Assembly (NCBI GenBank): GCA_965205655.1 | Contig: CBDBIJ010000058.1 | Location: 73,095 to 137,094, forward strand | Length of the DNA stretch: 64,000 bases | DNA from: Candidatus Latescibacterota bacterium | GTDB taxonomy: Bacteria; Latescibacterota; UBA2968; UBA8231 | Direction of reading: 5' to 3' | Part shown: positions 43,382 to 52,460 of the stretch, in pieces | How positions within the stretch are numbered: the first letter of the stretch is position 1 | Layout of the letters: each line of letters begins with the position of its first letter | Made by a program: the position numbers and the translations under genes | The notes under the pieces: generated by a model | The model's database searches: none | Seen by the model: the letters and a program-made list of their open reading frames with translations, nothing else | Told to the model about the DNA's origin: nothing

Positions 43382-44299
43382 TGAGATCCCCCCGATTTCG
43401 TGGACAGTCTTCATCTTTGGTGAAGAAAGGAGTCCACAATGCCGTACACGAGCACCGTATCCAGAGGAATTCCGCCAGCAGATCGTGGAGTTGGTTCGAT
43501 CAGGGCGCAGTCCGGGGGAGTTGGCCAAGGAATTTGAACCTTCGGATCAGACGATCCGCAACTGGGTTGCGCAGGCCGATCGAGACGGGGGGCGCCGTTC
43601 CGACGGCGTCACGAGTGAGGAGTTGGAGGAGCTCAAGCGGCTGCGTCGGGAGAATAAGCGTCTCCGGATAGAACGGGAGATTCTGGCAAAAGCCACGGCT
43701 CTGGTTCGCGCGAGGGGCCGATTCGGAGTCCGGGCGGTCTTCGAATTCGTGAAAGCGTACCGGGCCGAATTTCCGATCGCCACCATGTGCCGCGTACTGG
43801 GAGCCTCTCCCAGCGGGTACTACGCGTGGCGGAAGCGTCTGCCGTCGAAGAGAGAGCAGGAGGACGCGGTGCTCAAAGAGCGAATCGGGGAATTCCACAA
43901 AGCGTCCCGAGAGACGTACGGCTCTCCGAGGGTCCACGTCGACTTGGCCGAAGAGGGCACGCGGGTGAGCCGCAAGCGGGTGGCCCGACTGATGCAGGAG
44001 GCGGGCCTGCGAGGCGTGTGCCGCCGTCGCCGAGTACGCACGACGCAGCGTTCCGAGGACGGGCGCGTTGCTGAAGATCTCGTCGATCGAGACTTCAACG
44101 CCGAAGGTCCGGACGAGCTCTGGGTTGCCGACGTCACCTATGTTCCGACAGCGGCCGGGTTCCTGTTTCTGGCCGTCGAGTCGTGGGCTGGGCCATGGCC
44201 ACGCATTTGCGCACGGAGCTGGTGCTCGATGCGTTCGAGATGGCGCTTACGCAACGCAAAGCGGACGGCGTCATCCACCACTCGGATCGAGGCTGCCAG
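43382..44299 (+). mobile_element. Degenerate IS3-family element
   Basis: End TGAGATCCCCCCGATTTCGTGGACA; YPEEFRQQIVEL, YGSPRV, WVADVTY, IHHSDRGCQ; several indels; truncated. Confidence 0.88.
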
Positions 44300-44617
44300 G
44301 GTAGATTCAAGTGGTTGTCGCAATATCTCAACAGCGAGGAGTTGCGATGGGATCGAGGAAGCGAAAGCGAGCGGCTGACCGTGCATGTCGGCCGCCGATG
44401 CAGTCGCCCGGTCGACCGCCTGGGTGGCGGCGCGAGCACAAACAGCGATTCTGGGACGCGGTCGGTCGCGGGTTGTCGAGTGAGGAAGCCGCCACGGTGG
44501 CTGGATTGTCGCCTGCGGTTGGAGGCCGTTGGTTCCGTGAAGGAGGTGGGATGTCAACGGTCAGTACAGCTCCACTGTCGGGTCGCTATCTGTCGTTTGG
44601 CGAGCGGGAGGAAATCG
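44300..44617 (+). mobile_element. 5' fragment of an IS30-family element
   Basis: End GGTAGATTCAAGTGGTTGTCGCAA; SPGRPP, RWFREGGGM, GRYLSFGEREEIA. Confidence 0.7.
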
Positions 44618-45524
44618 CGGTAGCCGCCGTGCAGATCCTGCCAACGGTGGAGCTCGTGCAGCTGTCGGGCCGCAGCGAAGGGCTCGGGTTCGAGGAGTTC
44701 GCGAAGATGTCCCTGCCGCCCGAGAGATTGATCGCGTTCCTGGTGCCCAACGCCTTCGGCAACCCCTCAACGGGCACATATTGGGGGCGGGAAGCCGGAT
44801 TCTTCATTCAACTCTGCCCTTACTTCGGCGTCCTTCCCCTCGTGCTCGCATACCCCTGCCCATCCATCCGGACGTCGGGCGCAACCCCTGCCCTTACTTC
44901 GGCGTCCTTCCCCTCGTGCTCGCCCTCGTGGCGGTGCGCGAGCGTCGCGACGCCGTGACCACATTCTTCTGCTCGTTGTGTTGCGTCGCCCTCGCTCTCG
45001 CTCTCGGCAAGTACACGGGACTTACAGGGCTCCTCTATCAGGTGATTCCCGGGTGGAGTCTGTTCCGCATCCCCACCCGGTTCCTGGCCTGGATGGGACT
45101 GGGTGGCGCCGTGCTGGCCGGCCTCGGCATGGACTGCGTTGTTCGCGAGCGGAGAGAGAGCCCCCACTTCACGCGCGTGATACTCCTCGCACTGCTCGTC
45201 CCAGTCGCGATTCTGGTTCTTCTGAATCGGCAGCTTCTGTTTTCTGCATCCGACGCCTCTTCGATGTGGACGGCAGAGCACGCAGATCAACTGCTGCAGT
45301 ATCGCGGCGAGCTCCTCGGCGATCTCATTCGATGTGGGCTGATGCTGAGTGCCGGGCTCGTTCTTCTCTGGCCACAGAGGTGTGCGGGGTGGCGACGGCC
45401 GGCGGTCACGTGGCTCGTTCCCGTTTTCATCTACGCCGACCTCTACAGTTTCGGGGCTGCCTTCAACTCACTGATTCCGACAGAGGTCTACACGAACAGT
45501 CCCAAAACCGCCCAGTTCATATGA
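44618..45524 (+). pseudogene. Internal fragment of a YfhO-like multi-pass membrane protein, frameshifted by a 74-bp insertion
   Basis: AVQILPTVEL, YFGVLPLVLA, ALG, PGWSLFRIPTRF, LAGLG. Confidence 0.7.
44814..44923. repeat. 36-bp direct repeat flanking a 38-bp unique insert
   Basis: CTGCCCTTACTTCGGCGTCCTTCCCCTCGTGCTCGC at 44814-44849 and 44888-44923. Confidence 0.92.
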
Positions 45525-45668
45525 ATTGTCGGGACACGACGACGAGGCACTGAAGCAGCTCAAAAAACTCATGGAAACCCTCAAGAAAGAACTGGTGCAA
45601 AAGGCCAAGGGTCACCAAGAGGACGAGAGATACCATCAATTCATAAAGTGTCCTCGGGCGGGAATTGC

Positions 45669-45693
45669 TGTCCACTAAACGGGGTCAAGTCCA
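45669..45693. mobile_element. Isolated IS3-family terminal repeat
   Basis: TGTCCACTAAACGGGGTCAAGTCCA, exact reverse complement of 47647-47671. Confidence 0.8.
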
Positions 45694-45753
45694 GTTCAAT
45701 GCCGGCTCGTGGTTCGAGGGCGACCTCACTCACCGCACATATGAGGTACAGAC

Positions 45754-46335
45754 ATGCCTAAAGTCAAGCTCAAAAATGCTGATATCGCGACGGAAGTATC
45801 AGGCAGACTGCCCAAGTTTCCGAAATACACTACCCAAATTATGAACCTTGCCAACCAGAATGCTCAGGGTACGCGTCCAAGTGTCGTGGGCCAAATGACA
45901 GATCTCTTCCGTGAGTTCGGCGGAAAGACGTTTGAAGAATGGGACGCCTGGTACAGGCAACAAAAGCCAAGTGCACTGGATGATGCGGCTGACCGGGTTT
46001 ACCCGATGGCGGAGAACCTCCGTACCGCCATTCAGCTGATCGACAAAGGAATGGTGCGGGCTTGGATAGAGGATCTCGTGCTTGTGAAGACCTTCGTCGG
46101 TCTGTGCTTTCAGGGGGCTATACTATCCAAGATTGCGCAATTAAAAGGTGTTACTTACCGCGTATCCACACCAGCGGAGGAATCGCGGGGAATCGACGGG
46201 TTTATAGGAGATACGGCCGTCTCCATCAAGCCATCGACGTACACTGCCAAGGACATGTTAAGTGAGAAGCTACAGGGTGAATTGGTGCTATATGAAAAAA
46301 AGAAAGACGGTATTGCGTTCTCTTTCGACTTCTGA
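45754..46335 (+). CDS. MjaI-family type II restriction endonuclease
   Basis: FPKYTTQIMNLANQNAQGTRP.VVGQM, DLVLVKTF.GL, EESRGIDG...SIKP (PD-(D/E)xK-type). Confidence 0.82.
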   Translation: MPKVKLKNADIATEVSGRLPKFPKYTTQIMNLANQNAQGTRPSVVGQMTDLFREFGGKTFEEWDAWYRQQKPSALDDAADRVYPMAENLRTAIQLIDKGMVRAWIEDLVLVKTFVGLCFQGAILSKIAQLKGVTYRVSTPAEESRGIDGFIGDTAVSIKPSTYTAKDMLSEKLQGELVLYEKKKDGIAFSFDF

Positions 46336-46338
46336 CCC

Positions 46339-47514
46339 CTATAGATCTAATTGCGTCTGAGAGGCCTCCGCCGGAATCGCGACCTTTCGCTTGCCTCCGG
46401 ATCCATTCGATCGGATGGGTTCAGTCGGTTGGACTACGAATTCGCCGACTTGTACGAATTCGGACTGAGGTTTGTCATCGTACTTTGTACGGTACGTCAT
46501 GTTATCCGACCCGACTCTGACTTCATTCACGTCATTGAGGAGTAGCTCTTGTTCCTGCGAGGTCATAACTGGGAACCCGTAATGGCAATTCGTATGCCTG
46601 AGTGGACCTCGCTCTGCGATCCGCGTTGCTGCCCACTCCACGTGTCTGGCCAACCGAGTACGACTATACTCGTTTGCAATACTGGGGACGGCTTGAAGGA
46701 GGGCCTGCACGATCGGCGCAAGAGTCACGTCAAACTCAACGCCTATCGAGTTTCTCCCTGACGCAAGGGCCGCTGCCATCGTTGTTCCAGTACCAGCAAA
46801 AGGATCTAGAACCACGTCTTCTTTGATAGAGAACATGCAGATAAGCCTATACGCCAATTCAAAGGGAAATGCGGCGCTCCGCTCACGTGCAGTCGCGTCG
46901 ACTAGGCCCTGAGTGGTGCCTTTTATGTCAAACCACACATCAGAGAACCAGACGTTGCGTTCTTCCCAGAAAAAGGCACTCGCGCGTCTTCGGGATTTCT
47001 CTTCTGCACCGGTGAACATTCGCCGCTTGCCCTTTCTAAGAACCAGAACGTACTCGTGCTCGTACGTCACGTACGCACCCACAGGCAGCATCCCCGAGCC
47101 CATGAACTTGTTTGGCGCGTTTGTTTGTTTGCGCCACAGAATGTCCGGTAGGGCCGCGAAACCCCTCCCGAGGAAGCTACTTAGTATTCGCGAGTGATTG
47201 GAGTACAACTGGAAGTCACCATGGATTGTCCGTGTTGCGTCACCAATATTGATACAGGCGATCCCTCCCGGCTTCATGACCCGGTCGCATTCGGCCCACG
47301 CCGCGTCCAAGAGACCATGCATTTTCTCAAAGGCTGCGGCGCCCTCACCGTCCGTGAGATCAACGCCAATACGGTCATCTTGTTCCGTGAACATGCCATC
47401 CCACATCTCTATCATGGGGTACGGTGGAGATGTCACGACCAGATCAACCGACGCGTCAGGGATCTCAGCCATAGACTGAGCAGGACAACATATTAGCTTG
47501 CTGATTGTTTCCAT
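46339..47514 (-). CDS. Beta-class amino (probably N4-cytosine) DNA methyltransferase, cognate of the endonuclease
   Basis: VTSPPYPMIEMWD precedes VLDPFAGTGTT; KFMGSGMLP..AYVT.EHEY; convergent with the REase. Confidence 0.9.
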   Translation of the reverse strand: METISKLICCPAQSMAEIPDASVDLVVTSPPYPMIEMWDGMFTEQDDRIGVDLTDGEGAAAFEKMHGLLDAAWAECDRVMKPGGIACINIGDATRTIHGDFQLYSNHSRILSSFLGRGFAALPDILWRKQTNAPNKFMGSGMLPVGAYVTYEHEYVLVLRKGKRRMFTGAEEKSRRRASAFFWEERNVWFSDVWFDIKGTTQGLVDATARERSAAFPFELAYRLICMFSIKEDVVLDPFAGTGTTMAAALASGRNSIGVEFDVTLAPIVQALLQAVPSIANEYSRTRLARHVEWAATRIAERGPLRHTNCHYGFPVMTSQEQELLLNDVNEVRVGSDNMTYRTKYDDKPQSEFVQVGEFVVQPTEPIRSNGSGGKRKVAIPAEASQTQLDL

Positions 47515-47646
47515 TATTTTTAGCTCTGGACTTCGCTTTTTTATCCCACTTCTACGTAGAGATTTAGGCGTTAGGCACTACTGAGTCAAGCACAATTGTT
47601 AGACTCATTTGCTCACAGGCTGTTGGACACCTGATCACGTCATTAC

Positions 47647-47845
47647 TGGACTTGACCCCGTTTAGTGGACACCTCATTTCTTGTGAAAAGGAGGATGTCC
47701 CATGCCCCGAACTCGTACACCGTATCCGCCTGACTTCCGCGAGCAGATGGTTGCGCTCGTAAGAGCGGGTCGGACGCCGGATGAACTCGCAAGGGAATTT
47801 GAGCCCTCTGTGCAGACCATTCGCAACTGGGTGTTCCAAGCGAGT
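47647..47845 (+). mobile_element. IS3-family left end and orfA fragment
   Basis: IR TGGACTTGACCCCGTTTAGTGGACA; MPRTRTPYPPDFREQMVALVRAGR...IRNWV. Confidence 0.85.
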
Positions 47846-47849
47846 GTGG

Positions 47850-48440
47850 ATGACGGCTCGATCCCGTCGTCGCCATCTCCGGGCTGGAGGAGAGCGTGTT
47901 TCCGACCTCCCGAGCCATAGAGGAAAGTCGGCTCGACGAGTCCGCCATCGAAGAAGAGCGGCGACTGCTCTACGTGGGCGTTACGCGAGCCCGTCGCCAT
48001 CTCATGCTCAGTCGCGCCCGCTGCCGTTATACCTTTGGCTCGATTCAGGAATCCGAGCCCTCCCGCTTTATCCGCGAATTCCCCACCAGAGCTACTGCAC
48101 AACTATGCCGAACCGAAAGCCGGCATGGAATCGGAGTTGAGCCGGCGCCTGGGGAGGCGTCGAGGCCGGGCTCCGGCAAGGTAGTCTCAGCCGCCGGGGC
48201 CCGCGCGGAGTGGCGAAGCGAGGCCCGAAGGGGCCGACCGAGCCGGCGTTCACTACGAGTGGGACGAACCGTCTGCGGCAATCGAGCACGTCGATTCCAT
48301 GTCCGACGCTCTCGATGCGGACGACATACTGGCGGTCGGCCGCTGGGTTCTCCACGATACCTTCGGTCGAGGTCAGATCACGGCTCGTGAAGGCAGTGGC
48401 GAGCGCACGAAACTGACGGTCCGCTTCGCGAACGGTGAAG
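47850..48440 (+). pseudogene. 3' fragment of a PcrA/UvrD helicase
   Basis: EEERRLLYVGVTRAR (motif VI), PSRF, C-terminal VLHDTFGRGQI...LTVRF; frameshifted. Confidence 0.85.
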
Positions 48441-48442
48441 AG

Positions 48443-48784
48443 CCACTTGGTGAGGAAGTCGCGCAACAGGAACTCGTCCCTGGTCATGTGCCAGAGGAGC
48501 AGAGGTCGCCATACCTCGCGGTCCACCCCGGCCTTTGCCAGAAGGACGAGGGGCCGGTCGCGGCCCCCTGGCTCGAAGCGGCGATTCAGCACTTTGCATA
48601 CGTCGCGCAGCCAGTTTCGAGAGGCGACGCCGATACTGTTGGACTCTCGCACCTTGTCGAGGTTGGCCTTCTTCGACTGCGACAAGTCCCATTCTTGGAA
48701 GACGGCGTAAGTCTCCTCGACCAACGCCCCCTTGATGATGGTGAAGGAGGAGACGACATCGGCACGGGTGGAGACAGTGGCCAT
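48443..48784 (-). pseudogene. brxA: Truncated BrxA/DUF1819-like gene
   Basis: SSFTIIKGAL..ETY, LLLWHM.RDEFLLRDFL; start overlaps the upstream stop (TGATG). Confidence 0.6.
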
Positions 48785-49339
48785 CAGGCATCCGTTCGTG
48801 CGTAGGGTACCGCGAGATCGCCCTTCCCGCCGCGAAAAAACCCGGCGGCCAAAAGAGCCAGGGTACCTTCGTCCTCTTCGTCGAACCCCTGGTAGTGGGA
48901 CGGCGCGTCCCTCCGCGGAGCGGCCCAACCTCTGCGCTTCGCTCACGGTGTCGCCGGTGATCAGCTCCAGACCCTTCAGCCAAACCAAGAGGTCCGAGCC
49001 CTCACAGGTCTGCAGCTCCCGGAAGAACGGCTCCCAATCGCTGGACTGGTCGAGCCAACCTTGGACCACTCGATCGACAGACTGTTCAATATCTGCCGAG
49101 AGCCGCCACAATGTAATGGCGCCCCGCGGATCGAAGACCTCGACTGAGCGCCGCGCTGCCACTGTGAGCGCCACCCGACCCTGGGCGAAGTAATGAGTCT
49201 TGGGGAAGCCGCGGCTGTATACCGCCGGGCCACGTGATCCAAGAACGCCCTGCGTGTTCCACCAGACAGCCCCGTTCATCTCGCCGAAACGGGCGACTGC
49301 GAGCCGGAGCCTGAGGAGGTGAGTAAGGTCTACTGGCAT
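48784..49339 (-). pseudogene. brxE: BrxE-family gene with one frameshift
   Basis: LLRLRLAVARFGEM..A.WWNT.GVLG..G, RGFPKTH.FAQ; C-terminus LAAGFF.G..G.LAVPYA in another frame after about 48885. Confidence 0.65.
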
Positions 49340-49901
49340 AGAGAAGCCCGTTTCACAGCGAGTCCTGCCTTCCTGAGCACCAATTCCAACAGGAGCCCTA
49401 TTCACTCACGCACAGGCCCTCCCCCTCGACACAGTAGGCGAATTCCCGTGGTGTGTCTGGACCGATCACAAGATAGCTGCGATCCAGGCTTTCGGCGATC
49501 AGCGGAAAAGCCCTCTTCACGAGGGAGCACATACCGTCTGCATCTGCCGCCGTTGACAAACCTGGAATCGACTGGAAGCCGATGACTGTGACCCGCACCT
49601 CGACAGCGAGCGCTTCATCTTCACCGCTGCCACCAGCGCGCTAGCCGCACTGGTCTTTCCATTTGCTTATTTCCTCCGTCCATCAGCCACTGTTTGCCGT
49701 TGCGCTACACCCATCCCGCACCCGGTATCAGCGTGCCACCATCGCACTGCGCCTTGGGCCGTTGCATCGGCAAGTTTGGCGGCGTGTGGTCGGGGCAGTC
49801 GCCCCGGAAGGGTATATAGCCTAAGCAGCGGCTTTGGGATCGCTAAACCATATTCTATTGATCTTTCATTATCTTTCTTCGATAATAGGAGTTCGGCGAA
49901 G

Positions 49902-50129
49902 ATGGCTACTGAAGAAGGCTGGGTCGATATCGCCGAAGTCGCCGCGCATCTACAGGTGACCAAGGAATCCATATACCGGTGGGTCGACTCAAAGGGCTTT
50001 CCAGCTCGCCGGGTGGGACGGTTGCTTCGCTTCAAGCTCTCACAAGTAGACGAGTGGGTAGAGAAAAGCGGAGATGATTCCGAAAGTAGCTCATCCGGCA
50101 AGACGGCTAAGAACGAGAGTGACCAATAA
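49902..50129 (+). CDS. Excisionase/AlpA-like HTH protein
   Basis: RBS AGGAG; VAAHLQVTKESIYRWV, RVGRLLRFKLSQVDEWV. Confidence 0.85.
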   Translation: MATEEGWVDIAEVAAHLQVTKESIYRWVDSKGFPARRVGRLLRFKLSQVDEWVEKSGDDSESSSSGKTAKNESDQ

Positions 50130-50131
50130 GA

Positions 50132-50350
50132 ATGGCTGAGAACAGGGAGACCCCGTTGAGTGCTGACGCGCCCATCCGGCAAGGACATGCCCTGACCTGC
50201 CCGCTTTTTGGCGAACCGACGCCGTTAGAGACCGGCGGCTCAGGCGGTCCCGGCGTCTGGATCGCGGCCCTCGCCGGCAAGCGGTCGGAACAGTTCCGCC
50301 GAGTCACGCTCACCACGGAGGGCATCTCCAACCAGACCATCGCCGTATCC
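50132..50350 (+). pseudogene. N-terminal fragment, probably of an SNF2-type helicase gene
   Basis: PLFGEP...LAG..SEQFRRVTL directly after the HTH gene resembles the N-terminus of such helicases as I recall them; no helicase motifs remain. Confidence 0.35.
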
Positions 50351-50442
50351 TCTCAATATTGGCGGTTATTTTCCTCGGTCGCCGCGTACCAACCCATTCA
50401 AGAGATGCTCTGCGGGGGCCAAGGGGTCATCAGAAGATCCGC

Positions 50443-50691
50443 ATGACACTCGATGACCTCAGAATCCTCATCCAGGAGGGGGAAGGTACGACACTTGAGT
50501 TCAAGGAAAGTCTCTCGTCGTCTTTCGCACGGGAACTTGTGGCACTGGCCAACACCATCGGCGGAAAGATTCTTCTGGGTGTGCGTGATGACGGCACTGT
50601 GATCGGGCGTACAGGACTCCAACGCTTTACGTGCCCCTCCACTGGGACGAGAAAAAATCAAAACCATCCCTGTAAAGAACAACGCAATTAG
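50443..50691 (+). pseudogene. Schlafen/AlbA_2 domain fragment
   Basis: LIQEGEGTTLEFKE, ELVALANT.GG.ILLGV.DDG.VIG; truncated. Confidence 0.8.
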
Positions 50692-50852
50692 TGTCGTGAG
50701 GCGCTTGGCTCCGGGCGCATATCAGGGCGATCGCGTTCGTCGTAGTCGTGGTGCTGGTGTCAGTGAGCGTCGGGCTCGTGAGTATCGATGTGGGGAAGGC
50801 GCGCGAGGTGAGAGAGGCTCTCGAGACGGCGACGGTGGGGCCGTAGCTAGGC

Positions 50853-51059
50853 CTACCCGGCCTTATCTGCCTGCGGGGGCGGCTCCGGTGCGAGATGTAC
50901 TTTCACATATTCGGTTGCAGACGTGTCGTTCGAGGGTGAAGCGAACTCCTTCGAGCTAGAGTCTGTCAACTGAGACACGTTCGAGAGGCCACTCGTTCCG
51001 TACATCGGAGCGACTGGGATTTTTCTTTCGTCTCGTTCGCCCTCTCGTGTTTCAGACAT
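50853..51059 (-). CDS. Small Ser/Thr-rich hypothetical protein downstream of the protease
   Basis: RBS GAGGAGG 5 nt before ATG, 17 nt after the protease stop; 68 aa. Confidence 0.55.
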   Translation of the reverse strand: MSETREGERDERKIPVAPMYGTSGLSNVSQLTDSSSKEFASPSNDTSATEYVKVHLAPEPPPQADKAG

Positions 51060-51076
51060 GGGGACCTCCTCTCGAG

Positions 51077-52081
51077 CTAAGCTTCCTCAATCCAGCCTTC
51101 CCGGAGTACAATCTCTTGGTAGGCAATCTGTGGTATCGGCATCTCCGGTGTCTGGAACTTTACTCTTGAGATTTTCTTCTCCGTCCTGAACACATGCGTC
51201 GATTCTGTGGATTCTATGACACTTCGATCGAATTGGAATTGATCCTCGTCCTTCTGGCCGAGAACCGTTTCTGGATTGAACGGTGCCGTCAATTCTAGAT
51301 ATTCACTGTAACCGTTGAACAGATCAGTCATGAGCCCCGCGAGAGCGGGGTTCGGTTCGATGACCTTGAGTCCGAGCATCTCTCTGGCTTCACGTCGGCC
51401 GATCAGGTAGTCGTGCGAGAATCTCTCCCGAGCCAAGACTGACACGACAGTCTCTATTTTCTTATCGTCATCTGTGTGGTATTTCATTAGTTGGGTGGCC
51501 AAGAAGGTAATCTGTTCCCGGGAACGATGCACGGCCCCAAGTACCATGGGGTGCACCTGATCAGCCAGTTTCTCAAATATGCGCCGCATCGACTCTTCTT
51601 CGCTGAGCCCCATTTCTTTGCCGAGGGACGAGAAAGCACTGACATCCTCGACATTGACAGGCACGCCACGCGGAGGCTGACCGGGCATTTGAACAGTGGG
51701 TCCAAGGGGATGCTCCAGGGACGGGTCGATTGGACTCAACTGCGCCATCGGAGACATGACAACTTCGTCTGCGCCTACTGAAATCAGTGTAGCGCAACTC
51801 AATGCCCTGAACTGAATCAGTACGTTGAATTCCTCGCCGAACTCTCGGATCAGGTTGACGAGCGCAAAGCCAGCAATCGTCAGTCCGCCAGGACTGTAGA
51901 GGAACAGATCAATCCGCTTCTGTGCCCCCATTTTGACGAGGTGATGGTGAAACATGGGGAACACGTCCATGCCGATCCTTGTTTCCATCTGCTGGCGATC
52001 GCCCGTGATGTACACGATGACTCTGGAGTCCCGCTCTTCCTCGATCTTCTTGATCAGCCCTTTTCGACCAGCTGTATCCAT
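51077..52081 (-). CDS. SDH-family ClpP-fold serine protease
   Basis: IDLFLYSPGG, ALSCATLISVGADEVVM, LSPIDP, FSHDYLIGR. Confidence 0.85.
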   Translation of the reverse strand: MDTAGRKGLIKKIEEERDSRVIVYITGDRQQMETRIGMDVFPMFHHHLVKMGAQKRIDLFLYSPGGLTIAGFALVNLIREFGEEFNVLIQFRALSCATLISVGADEVVMSPMAQLSPIDPSLEHPLGPTVQMPGQPPRGVPVNVEDVSAFSSLGKEMGLSEEESMRRIFEKLADQVHPMVLGAVHRSREQITFLATQLMKYHTDDDKKIETVVSVLARERFSHDYLIGRREAREMLGLKVIEPNPALAGLMTDLFNGYSEYLELTAPFNPETVLGQKDEDQFQFDRSVIESTESTHVFRTEKKISRVKFQTPEMPIPQIAYQEIVLREGWIEEA

Positions 52082-52337
52082 GATGAATCCTGCAAATACT
52101 GTGCCGTCTATGCGATAAATGCAACTTCCACATGAATATACGCGATTTGACGACGATATGCGACGATGGTCCAGCCAGCGCGGGCAGACCTTGCCCCTTG
52201 AAGCCAGTAAAATAGGGCGATTCTTCAGCGTAATCTTCCGTAGAAGTACGGAACTTCGGTGGCATATAGTGGCTGAATCCGACCCCCCAGGGTCCTGCGG
52301 TGGCCCTCCGGTGGACGGTAGGAGCCTCAGGTCCTAT

Positions 52338-52366
52338 ATGCTAGATGAATGGGTGTCTGGCGTCAA
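52338..52366 (-). promoter_or_regulatory. Sigma70-type promoter upstream of the protease
   Basis: Minus strand TTGACG, 17 nt, TAGCAT, preceded by an A-tract. Confidence 0.55.
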
Positions 52367-52460
52367 GCATTTTTTCTTTTCAGCGACAATTGTTTCTCCC
52401 GTTCTGTTGGTTGTACTTCCTGAGATGACCTCCCAGCATCGATGGGGTACCGGGTTCAGG

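Noticed and set aside
44814..44923. Annotation as a true CRISPR array
   Set aside because: Only two repeats, made of protein-coding sequence, with no leader or cas genes; reported as a possible integration scar instead
48092..49405. 437-aa ORF as a novel BrxE-BrxA fusion
   Set aside because: Caused by a frameshift near 48885 and read-through into antisense pcrA; the true BrxE end and TGATG coupling are in another frame
50708..50846. Short hydrophobic frame LRAHIRAIAFVVVVVLVSVSVGLV
   Set aside because: No start codon or RBS in frame; at most a gene fragment
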